Source: an uncultured SAR86 cluster bacterium
GTDB taxonomy: Bacteria; Pseudomonadota; Gammaproteobacteria; Magnimaribacterales; D2472
DNA length: 64,000 bases
Direction: 5' to 3'
Assembly (NCBI GenBank): GCA_902559345.1
Contig: CACEHH010000001.1
Coordinates: 34,730 to 98,729, forward strand
This document shows positions 1-9,972 of the stretch, in pieces. Under the pieces are notes generated by a model. The model did no database searches, was not told where the DNA came from, and saw only the letters and a list, made by a program, of their open reading frames with translations. Both the position numbers and the translations under genes were made by a program. The stretch's first letter is position 1. Each line of letters begins with the position of its first letter.

Positions 1-1
1 T

Positions 2-256
2 ATATCGAGGATTAATACAAAAATTAGCGAAGATGATTTGATATCGATACTTATAAGCTCAAACTTCAAAAGAAATAAAAAAATTATTGATAAATTAATT
101 ATGTTGCCTAACTTGAAAGAGAATAAAGATTACATATCAAATTTAGTTAACAAAATTCAAATTACTGATTTTTCTTATCTTGCAAATATGCCAAAAGAGA
201 AAATTAGAGAAGAAAAGTCTAAAATATACAAACAAGTTATTTATACATGTAAATGA
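2..256 (+). CDS. 3' end of a CDS entering from upstream of the window, product unknown
   Basis: The frame is open from base 2 to TGA at 254-256. The listed ORF starts at an internal TTG (38). Its stop overlaps the next ATG (ATGA at 253-256). No recognisable motif. Confidence 0.3.
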   Translation: MSRINTKISEDDLISILISSNFKRNKKIIDKLIMLPNLKENKDYISNLVNKIQITDFSYLANMPKEKIREEKSKIYKQVIYTCK

Positions 257-978
257 ACAAAACTATATTCATAACAGGTGCTGCTAGAAGAATTGGAAAA
301 GAGATAGCCCTTACTTTTTCAGAAATGGGTTGGAATATTATTATTCATTACAATTCATCCAAAAAAGATGCTAATGATCTTGCTGAACAAATAAATAGTG
401 TTAACCCTGATTCTGCAAAGACTGTTCAAGGCAACCTAGATATTAAAGAAGATATTGAAAAAATCTTAAATGATATTGAAAATTTTTTTCCATCTATTGA
501 TTTACTTATAAATAATGCATCAACTTTTTACCCTACTCCTATTGAAGAGATTTCAGAAGACCATTGGGATAATTTGATTGGTAGTAATTTAAAAGGGCCT
601 TTATTTTTAATTAAAGGTCTAAAAGAAAAATTAAAAGGATCTAAAGGTTCGATTATCAACATAACTGATACGAATCTAATAAAAGGTATTGCAAATTATT
701 CAATATATTCTGCAGCCAAGGCTGGTCTAGAAGCAATAACAAAAGGTCTTGCAAGAGAGCTTGCTCCTGATATTAAAGTTAATGCTATTGCCCCTGGCGC
801 AATGCTTGAACCTCCCGGTGTTGAATGGACTGAGGAGCAGAAGAATAATGTTATAAAAAGCATACCTTTAAATAGAATGGGTTCAGAAAAGGATATTGCT
901 GAAGCAGTAAAGTTTCTTACTTTCTCCGAATATATTACTGGCCAAATAATAAAAGTTGATGGAGGAAGATCTTTATAA
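253..978 (+). CDS. Short-chain dehydrogenase/reductase, pteridine reductase / FolM-like
   Basis: 241 aa. It has a TGAARRIG dinucleotide motif (the TGxxxRxG variant seen in pteridine-reductase-type SDRs), NNAS, and the catalytic YSAAK. It lies beside folK/folB. Confidence 0.7.
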   Translation: MNKTIFITGAARRIGKEIALTFSEMGWNIIIHYNSSKKDANDLAEQINSVNPDSAKTVQGNLDIKEDIEKILNDIENFFPSIDLLINNASTFYPTPIEEISEDHWDNLIGSNLKGPLFLIKGLKEKLKGSKGSIINITDTNLIKGIANYSIYSAAKAGLEAITKGLARELAPDIKVNAIAPGAMLEPPGVEWTEEQKNNVIKSIPLNRMGSEKDIAEAVKFLTFSEYITGQIIKVDGGRSL

Positions 979-2033
979 TGGAGCCTCTTGATGATGCAAA
1001 GTTCTCGGGTACAAAAGAAGTTGCTGAACATTTAACAATTGAAGTATCAAAATTACAACCATGGATTGACGAATTCGTTCCTGGAGCTGGAAAGATTAAC
1101 TCAATTGAACAATTTAAAGGTGGTCAATCTAATCCAACATATAAAATTATTACTGATTCAAAAGATCTTGTCTTAAGAAGAAAACCACCAGGAAAACTCC
1201 TACCTTCCGCACATGCTGTTGATAGAGAATATAAAGTAATAACCGCACTTTACGAAACAGATGTTCCAGTACCAAAAACATATGGTCTTTGTGAAGATGA
1301 TGATATTGCTGGCACTACTTTCTTTGTTATGGATTTTTTAGATGGTGATCTTTTTTGGGATCCTATGATTCCATCAGTGACTAATAAAGACAGAACAGAA
1401 ATTTATCAAAATAAGAATAAAACTTTAGCTAAACTTCATAATGTCGATTACAAAAAATTTGGTCTTCAGGATTATGGCAAACCAGGCAACTACGTTGCTA
1501 GACAAGTATCAAGATGGTCAAAACAATATAGAGCATCTGAAACAGATGATATTGAAGCAATGAATAATTTAATTGAATGGCTGCCAAAAAATATCCCTGA
1601 TGATGATGAAACATCTATTGTTCATGGGGATTACCGTTTAGATAATATGATATTAAAAGATAATAAGGTTATTGGGATCTTAGATTGGGAGTTGTCAACA
1701 TTAGGACACCCTATTGCAGATTTTAGTTATCATTGCCTTTCATGGAGAACTCAAGAAGCATTTTGGGATCATGCTAAACTCAAAGAACTTGGAGTCCCTA
1801 GCGAAAAAGAATATATGGAAATGTACTGTGAGAATACTGGGAAAGATCTTACAAAGAATTGGGAATTTTATATGGCCTTTAATATGTTCAAAATTGCAGG
1901 AATCTTACAAGGAATTCTAGGAAGGGTAAGAGATGGAACAGCTGCAAGTAAGCACGCAGAGGATCGAGGTATGATGGTTTATCCTTTATCAGAAGCGGCT
2001 TGGTCAACTATTGAAAAAAATTTTCTAAAGTAA
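978..2033 (+). CDS. APH/choline-kinase-fold phosphotransferase family protein
   Basis: 351 aa. It has the HGDYRLDNM catalytic loop and the ILDWE motif of the aminoglycoside-phosphotransferase-like kinase fold. A TAATG junction joins it to the SDR gene. Confidence 0.7.
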   Translation: MEPLDDAKFSGTKEVAEHLTIEVSKLQPWIDEFVPGAGKINSIEQFKGGQSNPTYKIITDSKDLVLRRKPPGKLLPSAHAVDREYKVITALYETDVPVPKTYGLCEDDDIAGTTFFVMDFLDGDLFWDPMIPSVTNKDRTEIYQNKNKTLAKLHNVDYKKFGLQDYGKPGNYVARQVSRWSKQYRASETDDIEAMNNLIEWLPKNIPDDDETSIVHGDYRLDNMILKDNKVIGILDWELSTLGHPIADFSYHCLSWRTQEAFWDHAKLKELGVPSEKEYMEMYCENTGKDLTKNWEFYMAFNMFKIAGILQGILGRVRDGTAASKHAEDRGMMVYPLSEAAWSTIEKNFLK

Positions 2034-2402
2034 CTCTTTTAAAGGACTGGAAACAAAGCTATATTTTTCAATTTGATCGCTTTCAAATAATATCTCTTGA
2101 TTGCTATCAATCTGTAAGACTATATCGATATCTAAAGTTCTTGCACTAAACTTAGGAGCATCTCTATCTCTTCCAGTTGCATCTTCAATTAATTTAAGTT
2201 TTGTATTAAGTTCGCTAAATGTACAATCACACTCTCCACTAAGAACTGAATTTAAAAAATCATCTCCGTTGAATCCTTCAGATTTAGTTTTATAAATTGA
2301 GGATGATTTTGTATTAGTAAGGATTTTATTTAATTCCTTTTGGGCAAAACCTAAATTTTTTTCAGGATTAATATTACTTCCTAGTGATAAAAAATATTTC
2401 AT
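2025..2402 (-). CDS. folK: 2-amino-4-hydroxy-6-hydroxymethyldihydropteridine pyrophosphokinase (short form)
   Basis: 125 aa showing the HPPK pattern LSLGSN...FLN...GRDR...RTLDIDIVL. It is immediately downstream of folB with a 1-nt overlap. Confidence 0.75.
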   Translation of the reverse strand: MKYFLSLGSNINPEKNLGFAQKELNKILTNTKSSSIYKTKSEGFNGDDFLNSVLSGECDCTFSELNTKLKLIEDATGRDRDAPKFSARTLDIDIVLQIDSNQEILFESDQIEKYSFVSSPLKELL

Positions 2403-2749
2403 TACCTTTCAATAATTATGCCAACATCTTTAGCGCCTCTAAGGGCGCCTGGTTTAGAAATTCTTAGCTTTACTGTTTCAACTTCAAAATTATTTTTTAT
2501 TAAGTCTGCGATTCCTTCTATTAATGTTTCTTGAAGTTGAAATGAAGATGCTTCAACAAATTTAATTACAGCTTTGCATATCTTTTTATAATCAATTGTA
2601 TCTTCAATAGAATCATTCATAGATGCTTTCTTGCAATCAAATGGAAATTCAATATCTATACTAACTTCTTGCTTGGTCTCTCGCTCCCAATCGAATATTC
2701 CTATAATTGTTTTTACTCTTAAATCTTTTATGTAAATAATATCTTTCAT
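2402..2749 (-). CDS. folB: Dihydroneopterin aldolase
   Basis: 115 aa. The N-terminus IYIKDLRVKTIIGIFDWER is typical of FolB. Synteny tsaD-folB-folK. Confidence 0.85.
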   Translation of the reverse strand: MKDIIYIKDLRVKTIIGIFDWERETKQEVSIDIEFPFDCKKASMNDSIEDTIDYKKICKAVIKFVEASSFQLQETLIEGIADLIKNNFEVETVKLRISKPGALRGAKDVGIIIER

Positions 2750-3750
2750 TCTTTTAACTCATTTAATGGCCATCTTGCTCTTACTTTAGATTTTATGCTC
2801 TTGTGCTTTGAGGGGGTCATCATTGAGCCTACAAAAGCAATCATAGCCGCATTATCTCCACAATATTTTAAATCAGGATAATAAACTCTTATTTTAAGAG
2901 TATTTTCAAGCTCTTTAAATTTTTTTCTAATATATTTATTTGCTGCAACGCCTCCTGCAATAATGACATCAGACCTGTTGGTTTTTTCTATAGTTTTTTT
3001 TATCTTGGCAATTAGCACATCTGTTACTGCCTTTTGAAATGATGCTGCAATATCTTCCTTAACATCTTGATTGATATCTTGAATCTTTTGAATCTTATAC
3101 AAGACCGCAGTTTTTAATCCACTAAGACTCATATCTAAATTATCGCTATGAATCATGGGTCTAGGAAAATCATATGCATTTGGGTTACCTTTTAAGGCTA
3201 GCTTTTCAATATATGGTCCACCAGGATATGGCAATCCAAGTAATTTACCAACCTTATCAAAAGCCTCTCCAACAGCATCATCTTGTGATTGTCCGATAAT
3301 TTCATAATCAGCTTTGGCCTTCACATCAACTATCATGCTGTGACCACCAGAAACTAGTAAACAAATAAATGGCATTGATATTTCAGGAAATTCCATCATG
3401 GGTGACATTAGATGTCCTTCTAAATGATTTATAGGAATTAATGGTATCTCTAATGCAGTAGATAGGCCCTGAGCAAAACTTTCACCTATTAATAAGGCCC
3501 CTAGCAACCCAGGTCCTGAGGTATATGCTATTTGATCGATAGTGTCCAATGAATGTTTACCCATCGCTTCATTTAAAACATCAATTATTTTTAGGCAATG
3601 GTCTCTGGATGCTAATTCAGGTACTACTCCGCCATATTCAGCGTGCATTTCCATTTGACTATAGACAGATTCCCCAATAATTCCTTTATTAGAATCATAG
3701 ATCGCAATAGCTGTCTCATCACATGAAGTTTCTATACCTAAAGTTTTCAT
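2746..3750 (-). CDS. tsaD: tRNA N6-adenosine threonylcarbamoyltransferase
   Basis: It has the GIETSCDET N-terminus and the HLEGH metal site. It is divergent from rpsU. The ATG at 3750 is preferred over the listed TTG at 3765. Confidence 0.93.
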   Translation of the reverse strand: MKTLGIETSCDETAIAIYDSNKGIIGESVYSQMEMHAEYGGVVPELASRDHCLKIIDVLNEAMGKHSLDTIDQIAYTSGPGLLGALLIGESFAQGLSTALEIPLIPINHLEGHLMSPMMEFPEISMPFICLLVSGGHSMIVDVKAKADYEIIGQSQDDAVGEAFDKVGKLLGLPYPGGPYIEKLALKGNPNAYDFPRPMIHSDNLDMSLSGLKTAVLYKIQKIQDINQDVKEDIAASFQKAVTDVLIAKIKKTIEKTNRSDVIIAGGVAANKYIRKKFKELENTLKIRVYYPDLKYCGDNAAMIAFVGSMMTPSKHKSIKSKVRARWPLNELKE

Positions 3751-3759
3751 AAAAAAGTT

Positions 3760-3788
3760 TTGCAAAAATGTTAATAAAAGCCTAAACT
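3760..3788 (+). promoter_or_regulatory. Candidate sigma70 promoter for rpsU (TTGCAA-N17-TAAACT)
   Basis: The hexamers were read directly, with a 17-nt spacer. The leader would be only about 5-8 nt with no Shine-Dalgarno sequence, so this is uncertain. Confidence 0.3.
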
Positions 3789-3800
3789 ACGCGTCACATT

Positions 3801-4016
3801 ATGCCTTCAATTATTATAAAAGATACAGAACATTTTGATATTGGTTTGAGAAAATTCAAACGTGCTTGTGAAAAAGCTGCGATAGTTCCGGAAATTAGAG
3901 CTAGAGAATTTTATGAAAAACCAACTGAGAAAAGAAAACGTTTAATGGCAGCCGCTGTTAAGAGAGCTAGAAAAACTAATAGAAAATTTTCTTTTTCAAG
4001 ACAAAGAAATAGATAG
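3801..4016 (+). CDS. rpsU: 30S ribosomal protein S21
   Basis: 71 aa, basic, with [10 protein letters not shown]...[12 protein letters not shown]. Confidence 0.95.
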   Translation: MPSIIIKDTEHFDIGLRKFKRACEKAAIVPEIRAREFYEKPTEKRKRLMAAAVKRARKTNRKFSFSRQRNR

Positions 4017-4018
4017 TT

Positions 4019-4462
4019 TTGGCCCTAATATCCGATATCAAAAAAGACCTTAAACAAGCAATGCTTGATAAAAATGATTTGGTACGAGACACCATTCGCA
4101 TGTTTCTTGCTGAAGTTCAACGCTTTGAAATTGATAATAAGGAAGATGTAGATGATACAAAAGCTCTACAAATAATTAATAAAATGATTAAGCAAAGAAA
4201 TGATTCCATTACTCAATTTGTGAGTGGTGGTAGGGATGATCTGGCTGATAAGGAAGAACAAGAAGTTGTGATTCTTTCTAAATATAAGCCTCAACAATTA
4301 GATATAGCTCAAGTAACTGAAAAAGTTAAGGAAGCAATTTCAAGTTCGGGAGCATCTTCAATGCAAGATATAGGAAAGGTTATGGGTATATTGAAATCAT
4401 CATTAGCAGGCTCAGCGGATATGGGAATGGTCAGCAAAATTGTTAAGGAAGAGCTTTCATAG
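4019..4462 (+). CDS. GatB/YqeY domain protein
   Basis: 147 aa. The N-terminus IKKDLKQAMLDKN and the length fit the YqeY family. Apparent TTG start. Confidence 0.75.
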   Translation: MALISDIKKDLKQAMLDKNDLVRDTIRMFLAEVQRFEIDNKEDVDDTKALQIINKMIKQRNDSITQFVSGGRDDLADKEEQEVVILSKYKPQQLDIAQVTEKVKEAISSSGASSMQDIGKVMGILKSSLAGSADMGMVSKIVKEELS

Positions 4463-4475
4463 TTTTTATTAAATA

Positions 4476-5180
4476 ATGCAAAGAAATCAAGATCGCAATC
4501 TCAATCAACTTCGAGAAGTAACTATCGAGCCAAATGTAAATATTCATGCAGAAGGCTCAGTATTGATATCATTTGGGAACACCAAGGTTATTTGTAACGC
4601 TTCCATAGAAAATAATGTACCTAGATGGATGAAGAATTCAGATGAGGGCTGGGTAACAGGTGAATATGGTATGTTACCAAGATCTACAAATGAAAGAATG
4701 AGAAGAGAGGCTTCCAAAGGAAAACAAAGCGGCAGAACCCTTGAAATACAAAGATTAATCGGTCGTTCGTTGCGCCAAGCGGTTAATCTTAAATATCTTA
4801 AAGGCAAGACAATAAATGTTGACTGTGATGTTATTCAGGCTGATGGAGGAACAAGAACTGCTTCAATTACAGGCGGTTGTGTTGCTCTCTTTCTTGCAAT
4901 AAAAAATCATCATGACGATCAAAGAGCTATTAATTCTTTTATTGCTGCAGTTTCTCTTGGAATTAAAGATAATAAGATACTATTAGATCTAGATTATGAC
5001 GAAGATAGTACTGCTGATACAGATTTAAATATTGTAATGAATGAAAAAGAAGAACTTATAGAAATTCAGGGAACTGCTGAAGATTCTCCTTTTTCAAAAG
5101 CTGAACTAAGTGATATGCTTGATTTAGGAAGCTCAGCAATTGCAGAGATCATAAAGAAACAAAAAGCTTGTATTGAATAA
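4476..5180 (+). CDS. rph: Ribonuclease PH
   Basis: It has [20 protein letters not shown] and [14 protein letters not shown]. Synteny rph-pyrE. Confidence 0.93.
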   Translation: MQRNQDRNLNQLREVTIEPNVNIHAEGSVLISFGNTKVICNASIENNVPRWMKNSDEGWVTGEYGMLPRSTNERMRREASKGKQSGRTLEIQRLIGRSLRQAVNLKYLKGKTINVDCDVIQADGGTRTASITGGCVALFLAIKNHHDDQRAINSFIAAVSLGIKDNKILLDLDYDEDSTADTDLNIVMNEKEELIEIQGTAEDSPFSKAELSDMLDLGSSAIAEIIKKQKACIE

Positions 5181-5819
5181 GTGAAAGATTATCAAAAATC
5201 ATTCTTAAATTTAGCAATAAAATCAAAATCACTAGAATTTGGCGAATTTACATTAAAGTCAGGTAGAAAAAGCCCTTATTTTTTTAATGCAGCTAATATG
5301 CTTAGTGGCTGTAGTTTGTATGAGCTAGCAAAATGTTATGTCGATGCTATAAAAGATAAAAAAATAGTCTTCGATTGTATATACGGTCCAGCATATAAAG
5401 GTATTTTACTTGGATCGATAGTAGCCACATTATTTAGTAAAGAAGGGAAGGATTTCCCTCTTTCATTCAATAGAAAGGAACAAAAAGATCATGGAGAAGG
5501 TGGAAGTATAATTGGCAAAAAACCTGAAGGTAGAGTTCTAATTATTGATGATGTGTTATCTGCAGGGACAGCTGGAAGAGAATCTATTGAATTAATCAAA
5601 AATGTCTCTGCCACACCCTCTTCTTTCTTGGTTGGGTTAGATAGACAGGAAAAGGGTTTATCAGATCTATGTTCTAGTGAAGAGCTTAGAAAAGATTTCG
5701 ATATAAAAGTTGAGTCAATTATAAATCTAGACTCATTAATAGGTTTCGTTGAAAAGGATTCTCATTTTAAAGAACACCTAAACGGTTTGAATGAATATAG
5801 AGAAATTTGGGGAGCCTAA
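5181..5819 (+). CDS. pyrE: Orotate phosphoribosyltransferase
   Basis: It has FGEFTLKSGRKSPYFFN and the PRPP loop VLIIDDVLSAGTA. GTG start. Confidence 0.92.
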   Translation: MKDYQKSFLNLAIKSKSLEFGEFTLKSGRKSPYFFNAANMLSGCSLYELAKCYVDAIKDKKIVFDCIYGPAYKGILLGSIVATLFSKEGKDFPLSFNRKEQKDHGEGGSIIGKKPEGRVLIIDDVLSAGTAGRESIELIKNVSATPSSFLVGLDRQEKGLSDLCSSEELRKDFDIKVESIINLDSLIGFVEKDSHFKEHLNGLNEYREIWGA

Positions 5820-6431
5820 ATGTTTTCTGGAATAGTCCAAGGCGTTGGAAAAGTTGCTAAAATCTCATCTAAAAAAGATAGCATAACTATAGAGATAACA
5901 CCTCCAAAAAATTTCACAAAGAATCTTAAAAAAGGCGCTAGTGTATCTGTGGATGGTGTATGTCTAACTTCTTTAGATAACGGTATTAAGAAAATGAGAT
6001 TTGATATTATTGGAGAGACTCTTGCTCGAACAAATCTTAAGAGTCTTAAAAAAGGATCAATTATTAATCTAGAAAGGTCTATTAAAGCAAACTCAGAAAT
6101 TGGTGGTCATTTAATGTCTGGGCATATTCACTTTAGTGGAAAAGTTAAAAAAATCTTAAACAAAGCAAATACTAAAGATATTAGTATTGATTTTCCTAAA
6201 AAATATAACGAATACATTTTTGAGAAAGGTTATATTGGCATTAATGGTTGTAGCTTAACCTTGGGTAAAGTAAATAAAAATAATTTTTATATTCATTTAA
6301 TCCCAGAAACACTTTCCATTACAAATTTAGATAATTTACATGAAGGTTCAATGGTAAATGTAGAGATTGATCAGAATACTATTTCAATTGTTGAAACAGT
6401 TAAAAAAACATTAGCCGCTCAAAAACCTTGA
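5820..6431 (+). CDS. ribE: Riboflavin synthase (alpha chain)
   Basis: It has the MFSGIVQGVG N-terminus and the internal duplicated barrel (GVCLT / GCSLT). Confidence 0.9.
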   Translation: MFSGIVQGVGKVAKISSKKDSITIEITPPKNFTKNLKKGASVSVDGVCLTSLDNGIKKMRFDIIGETLARTNLKSLKKGSIINLERSIKANSEIGGHLMSGHIHFSGKVKKILNKANTKDISIDFPKKYNEYIFEKGYIGINGCSLTLGKVNKNNFYIHLIPETLSITNLDNLHEGSMVNVEIDQNTISIVETVKKTLAAQKP

Positions 6432-7316
6432 TAAAACTGCCATTCTAATAGCAACTCCATTTGCAATTTGCTGTCTGATTACAGAATTCTCTGAGTCATA
6501 TACAGCTTCTGTTATTTCAACATAGTTCACCGGGCCAGGATGCATGATAATAGCGTCGCCTTTAGCATTTTCTAGTTTCTCTGAAGAGAGCTGATAAGAA
6601 TTTTTGTAAGTTTCTAAATCTAAATTTAATTCTTCTTCAAATCTTTCATGCTGAATCCTTAATGTCATTACAACATCTGCGTCTTGAAGAGCTTGAACCA
6701 TATCAGGTTCATATTTACCTATTTTAGGGTTTTGATATTTAGTGCACATTTCTGGATGCCCTGAGAAGGTTAAAGACTCAATTGGGAAATTAGATATGCC
6801 CTCTACAAAAGAAGATGTTACTCTAGAATGATCAAGATCACCCGCAATTACAATTTTTAAACCATCTAAAGAATTTTTATGATCAATAATTGTCTTCATA
6901 TCTAATAAAGCTTGAGTTGGATGAGAAATAGATCCTTCTCCTGCATTTATAAATACCATTTTTGGTAATGCCTCTGCTAATTCTTGTATTACAGATTCTG
7001 GGTGTCTCAGCACGCACAAGTCAACGCCCATAAGATTTAAAGCATCAATTGTTTCAAATATTGATTCTCCTTTTTGTACTGAGGAGCTATCAACATTAAA
7101 ATCTAGAATACCGCAACCTAAATTTCTGGCTGCAACTGCAAATGACATTTTTGTTCTTGTGCTTGGCTCAAAAAAAACATTTGCAACCGTCTTGTCTGAG
7201 AAGAGATCTTCTTTCCTAAAGTTACCCTCTTCATCAATAAAATTATTTGAAAAATTAATTAAATCTAAGATTTCTTGTTTCGTTAGATCATTAATTGATA
7301 AAAGATTTTTAGCCAT
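6411..7316 (-). CDS. pyrB: Aspartate carbamoyltransferase catalytic subunit
   Basis: It has the STRTKMSF carbamoyl-phosphate motif, HPTQ, and the HPGP C-terminal region. No pyrI is adjacent. Confidence 0.92.
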   Translation of the reverse strand: MAKNLLSINDLTKQEILDLINFSNNFIDEEGNFRKEDLFSDKTVANVFFEPSTRTKMSFAVAARNLGCGILDFNVDSSSVQKGESIFETIDALNLMGVDLCVLRHPESVIQELAEALPKMVFINAGEGSISHPTQALLDMKTIIDHKNSLDGLKIVIAGDLDHSRVTSSFVEGISNFPIESLTFSGHPEMCTKYQNPKIGKYEPDMVQALQDADVVMTLRIQHERFEEELNLDLETYKNSYQLSSEKLENAKGDAIIMHPGPVNYVEITEAVYDSENSVIRQQIANGVAIRMAVLSRFLSG

Positions 7317-7695
7317 TTGTAGATACTATAGCCTCAATTTCAACATTTACCCCTAGAGGAAGACCAGAAACCTCAACAGTTGCTCTGGCTGGATAAGGTT
7401 CTTGGAAATGCTGTTTCATAACTTCATTTACACTTGCAAAATTACTAAGGTCAGTTAAAAAAATTGTTATTTTTACAACATCTTCAAGACTATATCCTGC
7501 TGCCTCACATATGCTTTTAAGATTATTAAGCACTTGATTTGCTTCATCTTCAATCGATCCAGATACCAAATCTCCAGTTGACGGGTTTAAGGGAATTTGT
7601 CCAGAAATAAAAATTAAATTGCCAGTTTTTACAGCTTGCGAATAAGGCCCAATAGCTTGAGGTGCGTTTTCGGTAGAGATTATTTCTTTTGTCAT
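7309..7695 (-). CDS. ridA: RidA/YjgF-family enamine/imine deaminase
   Basis: It has APQAIGPYSQAVK. The ATG at 7695 has a GGAG 9 nt upstream. The listed start at 7779 adds 28 hydrophobic residues (see findings). Confidence 0.85.
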   Translation of the reverse strand: MTKEIISTENAPQAIGPYSQAVKTGNLIFISGQIPLNPSTGDLVSGSIEDEANQVLNNLKSICEAAGYSLEDVVKITIFLTDLSNFASVNEVMKQHFQEPYPARATVEVSGLPLGVNVEIEAIVSTNG

Positions 7696-7768
7696 TTTAT
7701 TTGGCTCCAATAGAAGAATTAAAATTGATATTAAAGAAATTGTACATAAAAATAGCAAAAGTTTTTTG

Positions 7769-9952
7769 CTAATTTTCATTTATATTTCTTTTACAACTTG
7801 TTGTTAATTTCATTGATCGGACTTTTTGCATAATATTTCTTAATTCTTTCCTGTCTTTAACTTCGATTTCAATTTCAAATCCTGCAAATTTCTTATCAAT
7901 GGTTTTTGTATTTACAGAACCTATATTAATTGCTGATCTTGCAAAAATGGAGCCCAAATCAGATAGAACTCCTACCCTATCTTCAGTATTGACATCTATC
8001 CTAGCTTTATATAAATGATCTTTTTTATTTTCTCCCCAAATTGCAGGCATATACCTCGGATCTTTCTTGATAAAAGGCTTAACTTGCTTACATCTCTTGT
8101 GATGTATAACCATGCCTCTTTCTGTATCTGAATGAGCTACAACAGCATCTTCATAAACTGGTAGGCAACATTTTGCAAATCTAACAGTTACGCTTTCGAT
8201 TTTATTGTCTAAAATTAAGACGGGATTAACTTCTTTAATACCTTCTCTTATTTGAAGTCCAGAATAGAATCTTTCTGCAATAATACTTCCTGTCCTTTTT
8301 CCAAGCCCAAGATCGGTTAGTAACTTATTTAGAGATGTTACACCAATAGAGTCTAATATTTTCTTTAAAGAACTTCCTCTATATTCAGAAAGACTAGAGC
8401 CGCCTCTTTTTAATTCTGTTTCTAGCATTACTTTGCCTGCCTTCCTAGCATCAGAAATTTTTTGCTTCCTCAACCTAGCTCTAATTGCACTTCTTGCTTT
8501 GCTTGTAACCACATAATTTAACCAAGAAGGATCTAATTCTGAGTTTTTCTTTGATGCAATGATTTCAACTGTCTGTCCAGTCTCAAGTTCAATGTTTAGA
8601 GGAACTTCATTTCTATTTACTTTGCATCCAATAATGTTATCTCCCAAATCTGTGTGGACCTCATATGCAAAATCAATTGGTGTGGAACCTTTTCTTAATG
8701 CATATATTTCTCCTTTTGGTGAAAATAAAAACACCTCATTAGAATCTAAGTCTGTTTTTATTGATTGTGCGAACTCGGATGGGTTATTTGTCTTTTTTTG
8801 AAGATCAACTAAGCCTGTAAGCCATTTAGTTGCCCTCAAGCCTGAACTTATATCATCCTCTTTAGTTTTATATTGCCAATGAGCAGCAATACCAAAACTG
8901 GCAATAGAGTACATATTTCTTGTTTGTATTTGTACCTCGATTGGGAAAGCGTTTAATGCCAATAGACTAGTGTGTAGAGCTTGATAACCATTACTCTTAG
9001 GGATTGCTATGTAATCTTTAAATCTACTTTCAATTGGAGAAAAATAATTATGAATAATGCCTAGTGCTCGATAGCATTCATCAACAGAATCAACAAGAAT
9101 CCTAAACCCATACACGTCAAGAATCTCTGAGAAAGGTTTATGTTTTGATTTAATTTTTCTATAAATACTATAGATATTCTTTTCTCTTCCTTTGACGCCA
9201 ACCCTTTCAATACCATTAGATTTAAGATGCTTTTTTAGCTCTTTACGAATTTTAGTAACAATCTTTTTTCGTCCGCCGCTGGATTTATTTATTGCACTTT
9301 CAAGCATAGTTGCTCTTAAGGGATGAATACATCTAAAAGCTAGATCTTCTAATTCAGCCCTAATATCTTGCATACCAATTCTGATAGCTAATGGTCCATA
9401 TAATTCTATCGTTTCTTTAGATTTCTGAATTTGTTTATATCTAGGAAGGTGTTCTATAGTTCGCATATTATGCAAACGATCACAAATTTTTACCAAAACT
9501 ACTCTTACATCTTTTGACATTGCAAGCATCATTTTTTGTAAATTATTAGCGTCTCTTTCGTTTCTGCTTGTTATATCAAGTTTTCCTAATTTACTTACTC
9601 CATCAACAATATCGGCAACACTAGGTCCAAATAATGTCTTTAAGTCATTCTTTGTAACATCACAATCTTCAAGAACATCATGCATTAATGCAGAACAGAT
9701 AGAATCTGAATCCATTTTAAGGTTTAGCAAGATTTTAGCCACTGCAACTGGGTGAGTAATGTAATTAGAGCCATCTCTTCTCTTCTGATTTTCATGCGCA
9801 TAATAAGCTACAGAATATGCTTTTTGGATTTTCTTTATTTCTGCAATACTGAGATATAATTTTGCAGATTTATAAAAATCTGCAGGGAGTCTTAATAGGT
9901 AGTCGCCTGAAAAATTATTAAGTAATAAATTTGGGAGTGCGTGGTCACTCAA
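7769..9952 (-). CDS. spoT: Bifunctional (p)ppGpp synthetase/hydrolase
   Basis: 727 aa. It has the HD hydrolase motif (HDVLED), a RelA/SpoT synthetase core, and TGS and ACT-like C-terminal regions. Synteny rpoZ-spoT. Confidence 0.93.
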   Translation of the reverse strand: MSDHALPNLLLNNFSGDYLLRLPADFYKSAKLYLSIAEIKKIQKAYSVAYYAHENQKRRDGSNYITHPVAVAKILLNLKMDSDSICSALMHDVLEDCDVTKNDLKTLFGPSVADIVDGVSKLGKLDITSRNERDANNLQKMMLAMSKDVRVVLVKICDRLHNMRTIEHLPRYKQIQKSKETIELYGPLAIRIGMQDIRAELEDLAFRCIHPLRATMLESAINKSSGGRKKIVTKIRKELKKHLKSNGIERVGVKGREKNIYSIYRKIKSKHKPFSEILDVYGFRILVDSVDECYRALGIIHNYFSPIESRFKDYIAIPKSNGYQALHTSLLALNAFPIEVQIQTRNMYSIASFGIAAHWQYKTKEDDISSGLRATKWLTGLVDLQKKTNNPSEFAQSIKTDLDSNEVFLFSPKGEIYALRKGSTPIDFAYEVHTDLGDNIIGCKVNRNEVPLNIELETGQTVEIIASKKNSELDPSWLNYVVTSKARSAIRARLRKQKISDARKAGKVMLETELKRGGSSLSEYRGSSLKKILDSIGVTSLNKLLTDLGLGKRTGSIIAERFYSGLQIREGIKEVNPVLILDNKIESVTVRFAKCCLPVYEDAVVAHSDTERGMVIHHKRCKQVKPFIKKDPRYMPAIWGENKKDHLYKARIDVNTEDRVGVLSDLGSIFARSAINIGSVNTKTIDKKFAGFEIEIEVKDRKELRNIMQKVRSMKLTTSCKRNINEN

Positions 9953-9972
9953 AATAACTCCCCTATAGTCAT

